64,000 nucleotides of DNA from Chrysomallon squamiferum (GCA_012295275.1 CM022665.1:1240001-1304000); one strand, 5' to 3'; positions 47,700 to 62,700 are shown, numbered from the stretch's first letter. Numbers and translations are program-made. Notes: generated from the sequence alone by a model not told the origin.

Positions 47700-50600
47700 T
47701 CAAGTATTTTCAAGGCTTATGGATTTATCATAATGACTTAGATTTCTTGGACTTCTTCTAGTAGCAGAATCAAAAACACTTGTCCCTTCAGAAGGAGCAA
47801 CATCAGCAATGATCCTAGCTATACCATCTTCATCATCAGCATTGTTATTGAAATCTTCAAAAAGTGCATCGTCAGCATCGGCAGACATTTTCATTGTGAC
47901 TGTCTTAAGTCCCTTGCAAGCCTTGAGATGACGCTTCAGATGATAACTAGTGACAAACTTCTTAGGACAATGCTGACAGTGGTAATTTCTTTCATTGTTG
48001 TGAATTTTAACATGTTTGTTGTAATTCTGTAGTTTGTAGAACACTTTCATGCACTCGCTACATGGGTAGACCTTTTCTTTGGTGTGCTGATATTCATGTT
48101 GTTTGAGATCAGACCTGCGTGCAAACTTGACAGAACAGTACTGACACTGCAAGGCTTTTATTCCTGTGTGCACCAGCTTATGAGCTGTAAGGTGAGCTTT
48201 CTGTCGAAATGATTTCTGGCATTGTTCACACACAAACTTCTTCTCACCTGAAAAACAGAATTTTATATTTTTTAGATATAAGCAAGTAATAAATTACTTC
48301 TTAATTAATAAAACCAATGATAAAATATTTATTACTTAAAAATAAAACCACAGGAATATTTCAGATATTTGAATATTAATGCTATTTCTTTGACTATATT
48401 TATAACATGTGTAAATCAAGAAACTTTCAAATCTGTTCACAAATTAGAACTATTTTTCCATATTAACAAAAATAATTTCAAAACTGCTCACCTGTATGTA
48501 TGTTCATGTGGTGTCTCAGATTGCTCTGATCAGCAAACTGTTTGCCACAGTGTCTGCAGGAGAATGGTTTAAAGTGTAGATGTAAAGCAATGATGTGTGT
48601 GTTCAGTTTGGCTGATGTGGTGAAGCGACGATGACAAAACTGACAAGACCATTTTCTTTCACTGAGATTTGGATGCTCCTCTTTTTTATGAAGCTTTAAA
48701 GACTTTCTATCAGGAAATACTTTTTCACAAACACAACAATATGGGCAGTATGAGGTACCATTACGTCTTGGTTTCGGACTGACACCTAAGGTTAAAAAAA
48801 TAATAAAATTATAACAAGACAAAATCTAAAACAAAATTTACAATATGTAGTTACACATTCTAAAATAATAGCTCATGGAAACACGACTGGTGAAATATTT
48901 GTGTGCTTTCAATGTGATAAACATATAATTTGTGAGAAACCTTCATGAACAGTGTTCCCCTGACAGAAAAAGAGGCAGATTTTTTCATGTTACCTGTCTT
49001 CTAAAGGGCAGAACTGACAAAGTCTTATGTGTTACACTTTTTTACCTGGATAATTATAAACTGTCTTTCAGACATGCATCACACGACAAGTTTGTGGCTT
49101 AGTAATATTAAATAAATTATAAATTATTATATGGGAACAGAGTGAAAATGTAGTACGCCCAGATCAGACTGGGTTAAAGCTGCTTGTAAACATTGTAAAG
49201 GATTTGTAGGTTTTATCACAATACTTTGTCCACATACATTTTAGGCCCCTGAGGTTTTCCAAAAATGTTCATTTCTTATGGAATATACTGAGTCTACTAT
49301 ACCAAACACCAGTCATCACTGCAAATAATGTCATCAAAAAGTGTCACTGCCTCTGCGAGTATTGTGTAAAGTTCAGATTAACTGAACTCCTGACAGGTGA
49401 CCTGTCAACAATCGAGTTGTTATTCATCTTTTAACATGTGCTGCTTTCATCCAATGAATATGTTTTGCATCATCGCAGCCATAAAAGATTAAAAACACTT
49501 TATTCATTCCACGATTAAGCCTTGGTAAAACATTCCAGATGTCTGACTGGGTGAGTCCCTTGACAACATAATAATAATTTAAAAACAACAGTTTTTAATA
49601 AAATTAATCTGTTTCCATCTTTTTTGTTGTTATTATAATTTTTATGATATGATAAGATGTTTTTAAAGTGATATTTAAGTAAAAAAAAACATTAACAAAA
49701 GTTAAACAGGCGAGTCAAAGGTTTGCTGTGAGTGACCTGACTGGCCAGTCAAAAAAAATTCAAAGACAAACTTTCCCCCTTTCAAATCCATTAAATGGAG
49801 AGTTGTCTGTATTTTACTTTTTTACTTTCCTTATATGATTATTTTTATCATTATTATATTTGATTAATGCAATTTTGATATATGCAGCTTTGTTGATAAA
49901 TTAATTAACCACATTAATCAAGGGATACCTGTAGTTACCATTAACCGACACATAAACCCAAATATTTTATTTAATCCTTCTCAACCCACATCAGCAACCT
50001 AGCAAACTTACTCCATATCACTTTTATGATACAAGTATAAAATATATATATACAAATTATTATTAAATGAAGAAATTTTGATCACCTACCTAACAATTTT
50101 GCATAATCTTTTGCATACCAGAAAAGTAATTCCTGCCCAGGTTCAATATCTTTACATGTGACAAAGTAAATATCTTCCTCTTTTTGAAATGCTACAATAT
50201 TTTGTTCAAGAGCATTTCTTGCAGGTTTTACAAACATCAACCAGTTTGCCTGATCTTCATCACTGATGTCCAGAACACTGAATCCATCTTCAAAAAATAT
50301 CTGAAAAAAACAATTATGTTTCAAGGGAATATAGGTCTCAATAGAAAGAAAAGAATGTTTCTTTTAATTAAAGTAACAACAACAACAGTCGTGCATATAT
50401 TGAAGTTTATGTATGGAACATACTGACACTCCATAAGCAAACTCCATAATGAAGCACATGTTATGATCTCAAAAGAATAATAAAATTATTTTAAAAAGAA
50501 GATCATCTGATTTAAGGAGAAAGAAATATAATTCTTATAACAATCCACTTCAAAATACTGAATGGATACCTTCCAATATGCAAATTTTTTTCTTGTTTCC

Positions 50601-53600
50601 CACATTTCACTTGGTACAGATTTGCCTACAAGTGGGCCGAGCAGAGTTCTCAGTTTGATAGTTTGATTACAAAATACTCCTGAAACAAAAAAATGTACAT
50701 AAAGAAAAAATGTTATACCCATAAATGTATGTCAGATGATTATTTTATTTATCTATTACATTTTTCAGGGTTCTGTTGTATTTTTCTGGAATATGTCACT
50801 ATGAAATGATTTTTGAAAAAAATGAATTTCTATTTTGTACCTTAATGTATCTTAAGTCAAATTATTTTGCTATAGATTACATAATATAATAGCCCTTAGC
50901 TAATTGTCTCCCTTCTCATAGAATACATCTTAAAATTGAAAATATATATAATTAGTTTTACTGCTTACACTAATTTCTAATTCACTAGCCAGGTGTTAAG
51001 ATAATAATTATATGTTTTCTAAGTTGTATCTAGCATTTACAGATTTGTCTGTTAAACAAAAGAATAGCAACCAATTTGATAAGTTTGTATAATATTATGT
51101 ATTTTCTTAAAGACTGAATTACTTTCTTTGAAATTTTGTATTTATTTTATAACAGTAAGATTAAAATCATTTTGACTCACAATCAACAGTTACTTATTCT
51201 ACATACCTACGTCACTGAAATGACCATTGAGACTGGACTTCTGAAGTCTGAAAGTGAGAGGCAGAGTTGCTCTGGCTTTAGACAGTAAGGGTGTGTCTAT
51301 TAGATGACTGTACTCAGTAATATGAAATTTGCATGGTTCTTTGTATGTGTTATTGCATTCAACACAATCTATAAACAAAGATAATAAAATACAAATGCAA
51401 ATATCAAACAAATTAATGTTAGGACCTAACAGGCAGTGGATTATGTAATTTGACATCATGTATTGAAAAATATTTCTTTTTTTAATTTTTTATGTCTGAA
51501 AAGATATAACAAGATGTTATTTTATTGCCACAGTTTATTTTTAACAAAGAAGTATCACAATCAGTTTTCATACATACTTTTTTTTCACAGTATCAAAAAA
51601 TACTTGAATAAAGTGTTTTTTTCATATTAAAAGTTTTTTCACTGATTTTATTATGAGACAAATTAACTGAATATTAATCAATATTTTAGTATATTAAAGT
51701 AAAAATGTTCTGACTTAACAATACAAAAAAATCAAAAAAAAAAAAAAATCAAAGAAAAGGTATGTCAACTAGTTTTGGAACTTTAAAATACAATTTCTTT
51801 CATAAAAGATTTTCCAGTGTTCTTAAATAATATGGTAATTATTTTCTGACATTTCCTACTTGACTAAAGATGTTAATAATTACAAAATGTGTACTTACAG
51901 TGACCAGTGATAGCTGGTGTTTTATTCAGACTAGAAGGTAGACTTTCTAAGGATTTTTCTGCTGCCTGCAACTCACTTCCATGACTTTTTAATAGCATAT
52001 CAATAACTAGAAATAGATAAAGCATATTTAGTTACTGAACCAAACCAGCAGAACAGACAATATTAGATACAGGTTTTACTGATCTATACTTAAAATATGA
52101 ATATGAAGAAAACTGCAGTTACAATGAGCACCTTCTTTGTTGTGTTTAATTTGTTTATCATTTTCAATTTATGGATTCACTATTTTCCATTATGAATAAT
52201 TAGTTAATTTTCTGTTATTAATAATCCAGAAAACTGTCATTAAATTAATCAGTGTCACAGTTAACTGTTAAAATACATATGAAAAGTTTTATAAAAACTT
52301 TACATCACATCTTAATAGTTTTCCACTTCCAGTTTTTATGCAGTTTCAAGATCATATAGTCTTAAATCTACTGACTTGCCAACTTTAACTGGAGCTTAAA
52401 AAAGGCTTAAACATTTTAACACCTCTAAATTGTTATGTTTTTGCCAAACAACAAACTTATACAAACATCTGAGGGTGAAGGTTTAAATCCACCAAATGAT
52501 TTGATAATAAAATTACATTTTTAAAGCGTTAACTACTTTTGTTTGTTTCAGGGTTTATTCTTTTTGTTGGATGTAATTTCAGACATCATACCAGTAATCA
52601 GCTTACTCCACAGACTTCAAACATTTTAACATGTTTATTTTGCAGAAGTATATTGTTTGTTGTAAACTTAAGTCAAGACATTCTGTAACTTTTGATGGCT
52701 TTGGCTAAAGAACTTTTAGCAAATCAGAACTCCTTTAAAGCTTGTTTTATATATATAGAAAAACTTGAAAACTAATAATAAATATGAAGTTGACAAACCA
52801 GACATATTTGCCAGTGCAAGTGCTGCTGGACTTGGAGATATCATATTGTCACTGTGATTCTTGTCTTGCTGGTCATGTGATACTGGTACCATGGTGATAG
52901 GACTGGTCATGTACACTCTGGCTGGTAGATTCTGCATGTCTGCCTGTGTAGAGAAAGTTATTGTTGGAAGCATTGACTGAGACTGAGATGTGGAAGCTGC
53001 TCCTTGACTGTTAAACTGAAACATCTGTGCCATGTTGGCAGGTACTGAGAAACCATCTTGGCCTGTCAGAGTGGAAGAAAGAGAAGACAAAGAGGACACA
53101 CCACCCTGTTCTGAGTCGCAGCCATCTTGTGACATGACACTGGGATTTGACACTTGATTCAACAAGTTCATGGCCAAACTGACATTCGGCTGACAATCTA
53201 CTGACTGCGTCTGCGAACATGAATGAGCAGCTTGAGCCAAAAGATTCATTGCCAGGGAAACATTAGGCTGACAATTTGAAGACTGATCCTGCTGATTCGA
53301 TTGATTTAAAAGACTCAAGGCTATGCCTATACCACTCTTGCTAATATCTGACTGGTTCAAATCTGATGATGCTTGAATCTCACTGGCTGAATGACTATAC
53401 AGTTCAGGTTGAGAAACTGCTGGTTGGTGAGATTCGGAAGAAAGATTTTCTGGATGGGCTGTATTTACCATTAACTGATTTTCCTGTACATAAGACTGGC
53501 TATTTCCTGAAGGAGTAGATAACTCTTCTCCAGAGAGAGGCAACTGCTGTATGAGTTGTCTGTCAGAAGCTGATAATACTGGCAGTGAGATTGGAAAATG

Positions 53601-55600
53601 AGCTGAAAATGAATTTCCAAATGAATGCTATAAATTTTTAATTATAAAAAAATGAATGCACTGTGACTGATATCCAGTTTCTGCTGGAATTAAATTAGAA
53701 CTGGGAAAAAGCACAAAAAAGATAATTGAACAAGATACACAACTATACCCCATATCTTCATACTAATAACATCTTCATATGTATTTATAACATATCTAAG
53801 AAAATTAAAGAAAACAAACATGTTAGAATATAAGACCACTTAAGTTTCATAGCTACAAAAAATTAAGTTTTTATATCTTTCCAAATTCAGTTGTTAACTA
53901 ATTTAAATGTAGACTGAGCAGACCTATTAACATAAGTAATGCTCTCAATTCTTACAAAAAGGATTAACCTGAACACTGGATAATAACAGTTTACAATAAG
54001 TCAAGAATAGCAACATATATATGTAAAATATTCATACTTGTGAAGGGGGTAAGTCTGTCTGGATCAGCAGGTGACACTGTTCTACCTGAACATTTTTCTG
54101 TGGATTCTGAAATTAATGGCAGAGAAATATATCAAGGTTTAAATTTGTTTTTATTTCCTCTCTTTATAATATTGTTCTTTCATCTAATTTATGTGTTTTA
54201 AAAAATGAATATACCATTAACTGTTCAAGACATAGGCAAATGTTTAAAATGTTATTTATTAAAACAATTAAAGTTCAAGAAAACTGATAAACTGCTGTTA
54301 TATTATATTATATATTATGAAAAAAATCCTATTTTTTATCTTTTTACTTGTTTAATTTTTCAAATTTAAAAACAAGGAATAGCAGTATAAAGTGTCAAAA
54401 CACTGACCATGGTGTCTGTCTGAAACTTGCCAAGACAACATAAATGGCAATGATGAAATGTTCAGATTGTTGATGCTATGCTGTGTGGACATTATAGGTG
54501 AACTAGCAGGAGAAACTGGAGAAATGCACAAAGGAGCTAAAATACATAAATAATTAAAAATAATAATAATAATAAAAAAATAGATATATGTATATAATAA
54601 AAAACATTATAATATCTTTTGTCCTTTACCATATTATTCAGCAGAACAGAAACAAGGAGAACATTTTGTTTTTTAAATTTAAAAAAAATACATATAAGCA
54701 TTGAATAAATACATATATTAGTATTTATTTCTATACATCTTTAATATAAGTAAAAGCTAACCTAATAAAATACTAACCTGCAGAAGAAGTCAAAGTTGTA
54801 TCCTGAACCAATGTAGATGAAGTTGCTGAAGTCTGATTTGAAGCCTGAGTAACTGTTGTTGTAGTCAGTTTTGGTGCAACACCTGGTGTTTGGGGCTGTG
54901 TGAAAACTGTTGATGGTAAAGAACATGAAGCAGGACTCACAGGATGAAAGTAAGTTAGAGGAAAGGAACAGGCTCCTGCTGATTTGTTTAACACTCCAAA
55001 ACCAGGCACAGATACTGGCAAAGCTTCATGCATGTTCAATGATGTTGATGAAGATTCAGAAATTGGACTGCTTTCTTCGTTTTCTACATGACACAAATCT
55101 GAAAGTTTTGACTGAAAACCTGAAGTCAACGATGCATTCCTTCTTTCTGAGTATGAATCTTGTTCCTTCATTTGAAAAGTCTGAGCATTACTCACACACT
55201 GAGTTAAAGGATACGACTGTCTCTGTGTGCCTGAATCTGTAGATTCTGATGACAATGGTAAATACTGAGATCGTGGAACAAAGTTAGATGCATCTAGGAT
55301 TGAAGCCTGGCTGAGTGTACTAGCAGGAACTGGTTGGCCAATGTTGACAGAAAGAGCTCTGCTAAGTTGAAAAAGTTGATTTATTGTAGCCAGTCTTGGT
55401 GTCAATGTTGGTGTAACAGAATAAATCCCCTTTGATAAAACAGGAATGGAAGGCTGCTGTGAATGAATAATACCAGATGCTTGTGTTGGCTGGCTACAGG
55501 TATTGTCAGTCTGTCCCATTTTATATCTTCTGCCACTGACGGCATCATTTACAGAATTGGTGAGCTTGTCAACATTAATTGATGTAAGGGTATCAGCCAT
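47700..55600 (-). CDS. PRDM4: PR/SET domain zinc-finger protein, PRDM4 orthologue (1085 aa, 10 coding exons)
   Basis: Exons 54778-55600, 54408-54536, 54038-54106, 52799-53602, 51899-52006, 51207-51368, 50570-50679, 50090-50300, 48492-48785, 47700-48247 (phase-consistent; 3258 nt). Long S/Q/T-rich N-terminus, zinc knuckle (YCVECNNTYKEPCKFH), PR domain (ANWLMFVKPARNALEQN, ELLFWYAKDYA) and 7 zinc fingers. The recognition helices SAKL, DQSNL, QKAHL, RRSDL and the terminal YHLKRHLKACKG match PRDM4 as I recall it. Confidence 0.93.
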
Positions 55601-56959
55601 TTTATGCTCACTACTTCAAAATCTGTACAAATATCAAAATGATTAGTTGCTACAAAAAAGCATGGTGACAGCAGAATTTAATATATCAAATTATCGAGTT
55701 ATTTGTAACTTATTAATACTGAAGTTAATAATTTTACAGTTTTATTATGACAGACTACTAGAATAAAATCAAAACTGTTAAATAAATACAATATAAAATA
55801 GTCAACTTGTAACCAGGTATTCTAATATGAATTGTCATTATAAATATTAAATATTACTATGCAAATACTAAATGAATTTTTTTTTATTTTAAATTTACAC
55901 AATAAAATAATCTGCATAAATAATAATAAACGAACACATACAAAATGAATGCAATTTTGCAGATATACATCAAACACAGACGAATAACCTGAGCAATCTC
56001 TCATAATCCACCATGCTGTCTGGACAGCAGTTTTTAACTATTATACTAAGACATAAATTAATAAAGTTCTATATAATTATGTGACCAATAATTTTTGTTC
56101 ATAGATCAATTATTCGTTCAGTATTAAATATCGTAAAAATAACTGAATTCACTAATTGCATTACATTACTGCCCTTGCCTTGTAACATAATGTAGCATAA
56201 AATCAATTGTGGACTATCTTTTCATATTAAAAACAAAATGTATCGAATTTCCATGAATGATAAAAACCTGAAATAAATATATCTGACAATGTCAAAATTG
56301 GAATTGAAAAAAAAAAAAAAAAAAAAGAAAAAACGGTTAATATAATCGTTTCACTGAAAAATTTAATATTTTTTAGAAAATTAATACCTGTTTAAATGAG
56401 ACCATACATAAAACATAGTGCGTTCGTTTCTGGGCATAATGTGGGCTGGGGTTTATTCTCAGTATAAGATAAAGAAAATGAAAATCATTATGAGTATTTC
56501 AGCGGAAATACGCTAATTACTTCCCTTGAATTGCAAAGTGAAAATGCACATAAGAAAAATACAAAAACATCATTGCTAACGAAATAAAACCAGCCAGTGC
56601 CAGTATTTATTTACCTGTGTTTTTTTTAGCTTATTTATTCGTTTGCTTTTCGGTAATTATAAACATCGGCATCTGTTTAAATTTTTGTGTAGTACTTACT
56701 GAAATTTAAAAAAAAAAACAACAAGAAAATAAAATGCAAATACGCATTCCTCTGCAAAATTTAAAGGCATCCGTATTTTATTTTACTTTAAATGATTACA
56801 TGCCAACTTGTATTGAGCTAAAATAAGCTTAAAATATAATTAAATGCATATTAAAAATAAATATGTGATTATTATTGTGATTGTTTTTATTTATTTAATT
56901 ATTTATTTATTATTTAGTTGTTTTGATTTGAATTATAATTTTATTTTTATTTATTTATT

Positions 56960-57006
<47 letters not shown>

Positions 57007-57055
57007 AGAGGTATGAACAGGTTTTTGTGCATCGTGTTATATTTTATATGAATCC

Positions 57056-57090
<35 letters not shown>

Positions 57091-57227
57091 CGTTCATCCA
57101 GGTAAGAAAAATACTCAGATACTCTTTATTTAGAAATAACTTTAAGTAAATTTAGTCTCCATTAATTATTACTAAAAAAAATACAGAGAACAAAATTGGC
57201 CGAATGTGACAACGATTGTCTTGTGTA

Positions 57228-57243
57228 CAGCGCCACCTTGTTG
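57228..57243 (-). promoter_or_regulatory. CTCF-like site
   Basis: The minus strand reads CAACAAGGTGGCGCTG. Confidence 0.45.
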
Positions 57244-57382
57244 CAGGTCCCAGATGTTGAAAAAGGGGAGAGGAGGGTATCATCGTTATAAGAAAGCCTC
57301 AGTTTCTTTGTTACTGTTTAACTATATCTTAATTATTACTATCTAAAAAGAAATATTTGATACAGAACTTGCTATTTTTAAA

Positions 57383-57424
<42 letters not shown>

Positions 57425-58401
57425 TAATTTCTCTGCTTTTTAATTTTAATTTTATTTTTATATATTATTATTATTATTGCTATTATTATTATTATCAAAG
57501 GCAAGAATATATATTTCTATTCCTTCCTCTAAATTTTCGAATAAAAGATCCATTGATGCTAATTTATAAGAGAGGCCTGCTGAATGGTGCAAACGATTTA
57601 CTCCTTCATGTCATTACTACGAAGGAAACAGATAACTGAATCTTGATCATCATTATCAAAATGCAAAGAATGTTTTGAACAATCCTGAATTCATTCTTTC
57701 AAGTATGTTATTTTGTTTCCTTATAAAATCACTGATATCTAGACCGATTGTAATTATCGTCTTCTAAAGTGAATCCAGACAATGGATACATTTTTTTAAA
57801 AATAATAATAAAAAATCTAAAAGTGATAATTATTTAATTTGAGGAAGGTTTAGTCTTGTAATGTTGTGAAAATAACTACTGATTTTCAAAATAATGTTAA
57901 ACTTCTTTTTTTTTAATTTATTTATTTAATGGGAATGGTTAATTTATCAGTGCGACAGATTTAAGAAACTAAACAAAATAAAATAATTTGTTTAATTTGT
58001 AACCAAAACCACACATTTTTTTTTTTTTTTTTTATATTTGGCTTTTTTAGCGTAGTGTTATGGCAAGCCACTGAGACAAATATGTAAAGAGGTGACTGAT
58101 AGCAGCACTGCTCAGAAAGCTGAATTATACCTTACCTATAATTGTTATAAAAGGCGTCTTTCAAAAGGACGTAAAAAAAAAAAAAACTTCTCATAATAAC
58201 ATTGTCTAAGTAGTAGATAAATGGTTGTTGTTGTTATTATTATTATTATTATTTTAATAATGATTATAATATGCCTTTAGATTACTACTCTTTGTTTATT
58301 ATTATCAGGATCTATTTCTATTCTGGTTTTTAACGTCATGTTGTGATTGTCATTGATTATTTCCTGAATGAATACAGCGCACTGAGTAACAAAAAAACTT
58401 G

Positions 58402-58417
58402 CAGCGCCCTCTGACGG
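58402..58417 (-). promoter_or_regulatory. CTCF-like site
   Basis: The minus strand reads CCGTCAGAGGGCGCTG. Confidence 0.55.
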
Positions 58418-58713
58418 GAAACACGCAAATTATTCACCATGTCGCCTGTTGTTGTTTTTTTTAGCTAAAGACAGGTAGAGATTTACCTGTGTTTGAAATC
58501 AATCGTGTATCTTCTTAATTGCAGTCCTTATCAGAAAATTAGATAAATTATATACACAACTATAATTAGAGAAATACTATTATATATTTTCCTCTCCAGC
58601 ATTGCGCATAGTGAAGTTGACCCATTTTTTATTGTCACACCTGAACAGTAAAGCGACCTCACTCTGTCTTGACAAAGCGTCCTTTCCCTAATTTGAATAA
58701 GGTGAGTGTGTTT

Positions 58714-58723
58714 CCGCCATTTT
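58714..58723 (+). promoter_or_regulatory. YY1-type motif near the 5' end of the GPR158-like gene
   Basis: CCGCCATTTT, just after a donor (AAG|gtgagt near 58701) of a probable 5' UTR intron that ends at about 58789. Confidence 0.45.
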
Positions 58724-58831
58724 GAAATCCAGGTGTTCTACACGTAACGCAAACTGATTTTTAAACTGGGATTATTGAATATTTGACAGTGTTGTACTAT
58801 GATTAACATCTGAAGACAACATCAGGTAAAC

Positions 58832-59781
58832 ATGAAACGAGCTGTCGACCTAATAGCAATCGCATTTCTGTGCGTGTGCGCCATTTCCTGGGTGGCAGGC
58901 CCTACCAATGACGCGCCATTCGCATGGATGGGACGTGATAGTTTCGATGTCATTAACGACAAATTTTCGTCTGTCACACCAGAAAACTGTCGCGCCAAGC
59001 CGACAGACGAACTGAGGCTTCCAAAAGAATCCGTAGCTCAGATACCTCGCTACAACATGTTGTTAAGAACTGTCATATATTCCAACAGGTCTTCGCTTCT
59101 ACACATGCACAATATGGCTCTCAATCGGGCTTTTTATTACAGTTTTATTTTCCAAAAACTGAATCACACGTTTGATTTCTTGTACCAGCCAGGTCTGATG
59201 TATTTATACATGTCTGCTGCAGCAGATGTATCTGCTAGCCCTGGTTTCATTAACGGTTCAGCATTGTACTTCGATACAAACACTTACTACCCCAACTGGT
59301 TCAGGACATACGATTTCAACAGGACATTACCACTGTTTGGACCAAGAGCTTGGAGAGCTGATGATTACAATGAACCTACCAACTTTCTGAGAGAACCAAC
59401 AAACAACACCATTGAAATCCATGACTATGGCAGTGGCAGATCATTCAACTACACCAACCCAGCATACAAGACTAACCCATGGTACAAGATCTGGATGCCA
59501 GATATAACAGGAGAGATGGACTCTTTGAGAAAGTATACATATTCTGTTGGCATCAAATATTCTAATACAACAGGCATTTTCCGCAAAGATGAGTATGAAG
59601 ATTCATCATTCTTTGGTCCACCACAACCTGGACAGCAAGATAAAGACATCTACCTTCCTGTGATTTTTACAGAACCTTACTATGACTGTGGCAGATCAAA
59701 CAGGTGGATTGTCAGTGCTACAGCTCCAGTAGTAGAATACTTTCCACGTTACTCAAATTATACTCATCTGAGAAGAGCTAG
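58832..59781 (+). CDS. First coding exon of a secreted or membrane glycoprotein with a GPR158/179-like extracellular (Cache-type) domain; gene continues beyond the window
   Basis: 950-nt coding exon ending at the donor AG|gtaatt (phase 2). Signal peptide MKRAVDLIAIAFLCVCAISWVAG, several N-x-S/T sites, and motifs LHMHNMALNRAFYYSFI and FTEPYYDCGRSNRWIVSATAP. I found no convincing next exon before 64000. Confidence 0.85.
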
Positions 59782-62700
59782 GTAATTATTTTCCATAATT
59801 TTTTTATATTTCTAATTTGGAGTGGAATATGATAATTGTAATACTACTTATTGAATTAAACACATATCTGTTATATATGCACATAAACACACATATACAT
59901 AAACAAAATTAAGCAAGACAAAATTTAAATTATAGATCAATATATTCACATAGAAATAAGATAAAAATGCTGTACTTTAGGGGCTTAGATTTACATATTT
60001 CTTTATTATAACTACAACACATTTAAAAAGGCTTGATTAGTTACAGTAGGTAAAAATTATAAAGATTTAACATCACACATACATATATATATATATAAAC
60101 TACATAAGCTGAAAAGCTGCACTCTATGCAGACTTTAAAGAGTGCTTCTGCAGAGGCTAATTGGGTCTTTGGCCCATAATAAGAAACACATTTTAATCAG
60201 TAAACAAAAGCTTTACAATATAATGGTAAGGCAGCAGACTATACAACATTCTTCAATTTTTGGTTGGGAGTGAGGATGAAATAAATTATTTCTTTATGAC
60301 TCTTTTTGTCCAACTTTTATACAGACACAGAAAAACTTCTCTTTTACAATGTTAAAAATCTTTCAGTTTTAATATGAAAGTTGCATTTAGCCACACCTTG
60401 GCACTGAACTTAGTTTTAATGAAGTAGATTTCTTTTGAAATGTAGTTTTCTCATAATTAATTACAAATAAAAACAATTGGATATATTTCAAATATCAGCA
60501 AAATAATTAACAAAACAATAAAATCTTAAAAGTGTCATGCATATACTTGTTACCTTTTTTCAACTTCAGATAGTTAAATTAGGTACATTGTGTACTGTTT
60601 TTTGTACTTTAAGATCTTATGTTATTAAATCCAATTATTGTATAATAGTAATGGCATTAAAAAAAAAGTATAGATAACATTCTAAAACTACTAAGTGTTG
60701 TTCAATAATTTAGGTTAACAGATGTTGTAAATCACTGTAGGCCATTAAAATGTGATTAAAATATTTCATAAACTGGAGTGAAAAAATCCTCTAAGAAAAT
60801 TCAAGAACTGTAATGAAATAGTTCAGTGACTCAGCCTTTTATGATTTGTGCATAATGTGAGAGTTTTGTATTATATATATATATATATTTATTTATTTTA
60901 TATATATATATATATATATATTTTAGGATTATTTTTAGATGAAATCATTAAAATATCCCACTTTATTTTATTTATCTATTTATTTTATCTGAAACATTTT
61001 CTTTCCATTTCACCAAGATAATTAAAAGTATTTAATGTTGCCTTTAATTTATGTAGAAAAAACCAAGAAGCATGTTATCAAGATATTAATTGTATTTAAC
61101 AGTATAAGAAAAAGAACAGAAATTTATGATACTGTTTTTAAATTTGTCAGTCATACTTTAGTTTAGACAAATTTCACTATTATCTTCAATAGCCTGTTAG
61201 ATAATTCCTACATCAAAAAGGTAGCATATTCTAATTGCTATTTGACATGATAATAGTTTGATGTCAAAACTAATGAAATATCAACATTACTGTTTGATTG
61301 TAAAATAACAGTTTACATTACAGCTAATTCTGTCTAGGCTTTTATGAACTCAGATACACATACAAATGTATACATACATACATATACATATTTTGTTGAC
61401 AACATCTTTCTACTTCAGATAAAATAAAATAAAAAAACCCAACAAATATTCATTGTATTTCAATAAGAAAATTACAGTAATAATTTTAGAATAATTACTT
61501 AGAAATAAGATTAAAAAACAACAGCAAAGCTACATGTTAATATACTCTTTTAGAATTATTTCATTTAAGTTCTTATTACAGATATTTTCATGTTTTCATA
61601 CACATCTTTACACACATATACTTGATGGAAAATGGCTATAGTATATTCTGTTGTAAATAACCTGGATACTATTTCAGCTGGGATCCATTAAAAGACTGTT
61701 TGTTTGATTGTTTATTTATATTCTAAATATTTTTTTGTCAAGGTTTATAAAGTTACACAAATTATAGGTCTACTTTAATTTTAGTTTTATAAAAATCCAA
61801 AGATATATCCATGGATTCTAAGAAGTCAGTTAATTAACATTCTTGAAACCACTATTAAAGTGTAAAGTTCTCATGTTATGTAATACTGACTTATCTCTAA
61901 CTTCATTATCTTAATGAAGTACTAATTTACCAGTTCACAACAATCCAGAATAATGTGTTGGGCCAGTCTGAGAAACAGTATGTAATGTTAAACGAGAAAA
62001 AAAAAAAAAAAAAAAACAATTTGAAAAAAATATGTAACATTGAAATGGACCTTTTTTTAAAATTATATATTTCTTCCTTTGTTTATTATATTGATTGCAA
62101 GTTTTGATCAAGGTGTGTTATAACTATACATACATATACATACAAGCAAAAACAGATACACAATCATGTCTCCAAAAACATGTGACACACATGACATATG
62201 TACATATATAAATTTCTTATTGAATACATTCCAATACTCATCTACTCTTGAATATTTTATTAAGTTTTAAACTTGTTCCCAAACAATCTTGTGTTCTGCT
62301 TCCAAAGTATTTTGGAGCATTATATGCCACAGGTCATGATCATACATTAATAACAAGTGGGTTGAAAGAGTACATACCCTCCACCTCAATTTTGTAATTA
62401 CCATGGGTCACAATGTGAGATAGCTTTCCATATGTATTCTGTCTAGAATGATATGTACAAGCATATTATATCTGGATCAGGCAGGTTGCTTTGTACAACA
62501 AATAGAGCAAGTCTTGAATTTAATATTAGAATTTTGTTGTCTTTTTATAAGAATTTAGTTACAGGTGCTTCAATTTTTATTATTAATAGTTATTCAAAGA
62601 AGAATGTTGATTATTAGCAGAACTCTTGTCTTGATTGTCATAAGAATGATTATTAGTGAAACCCATGAGCAAATCACCATTCCAGCTAGAACTCCTTCAC

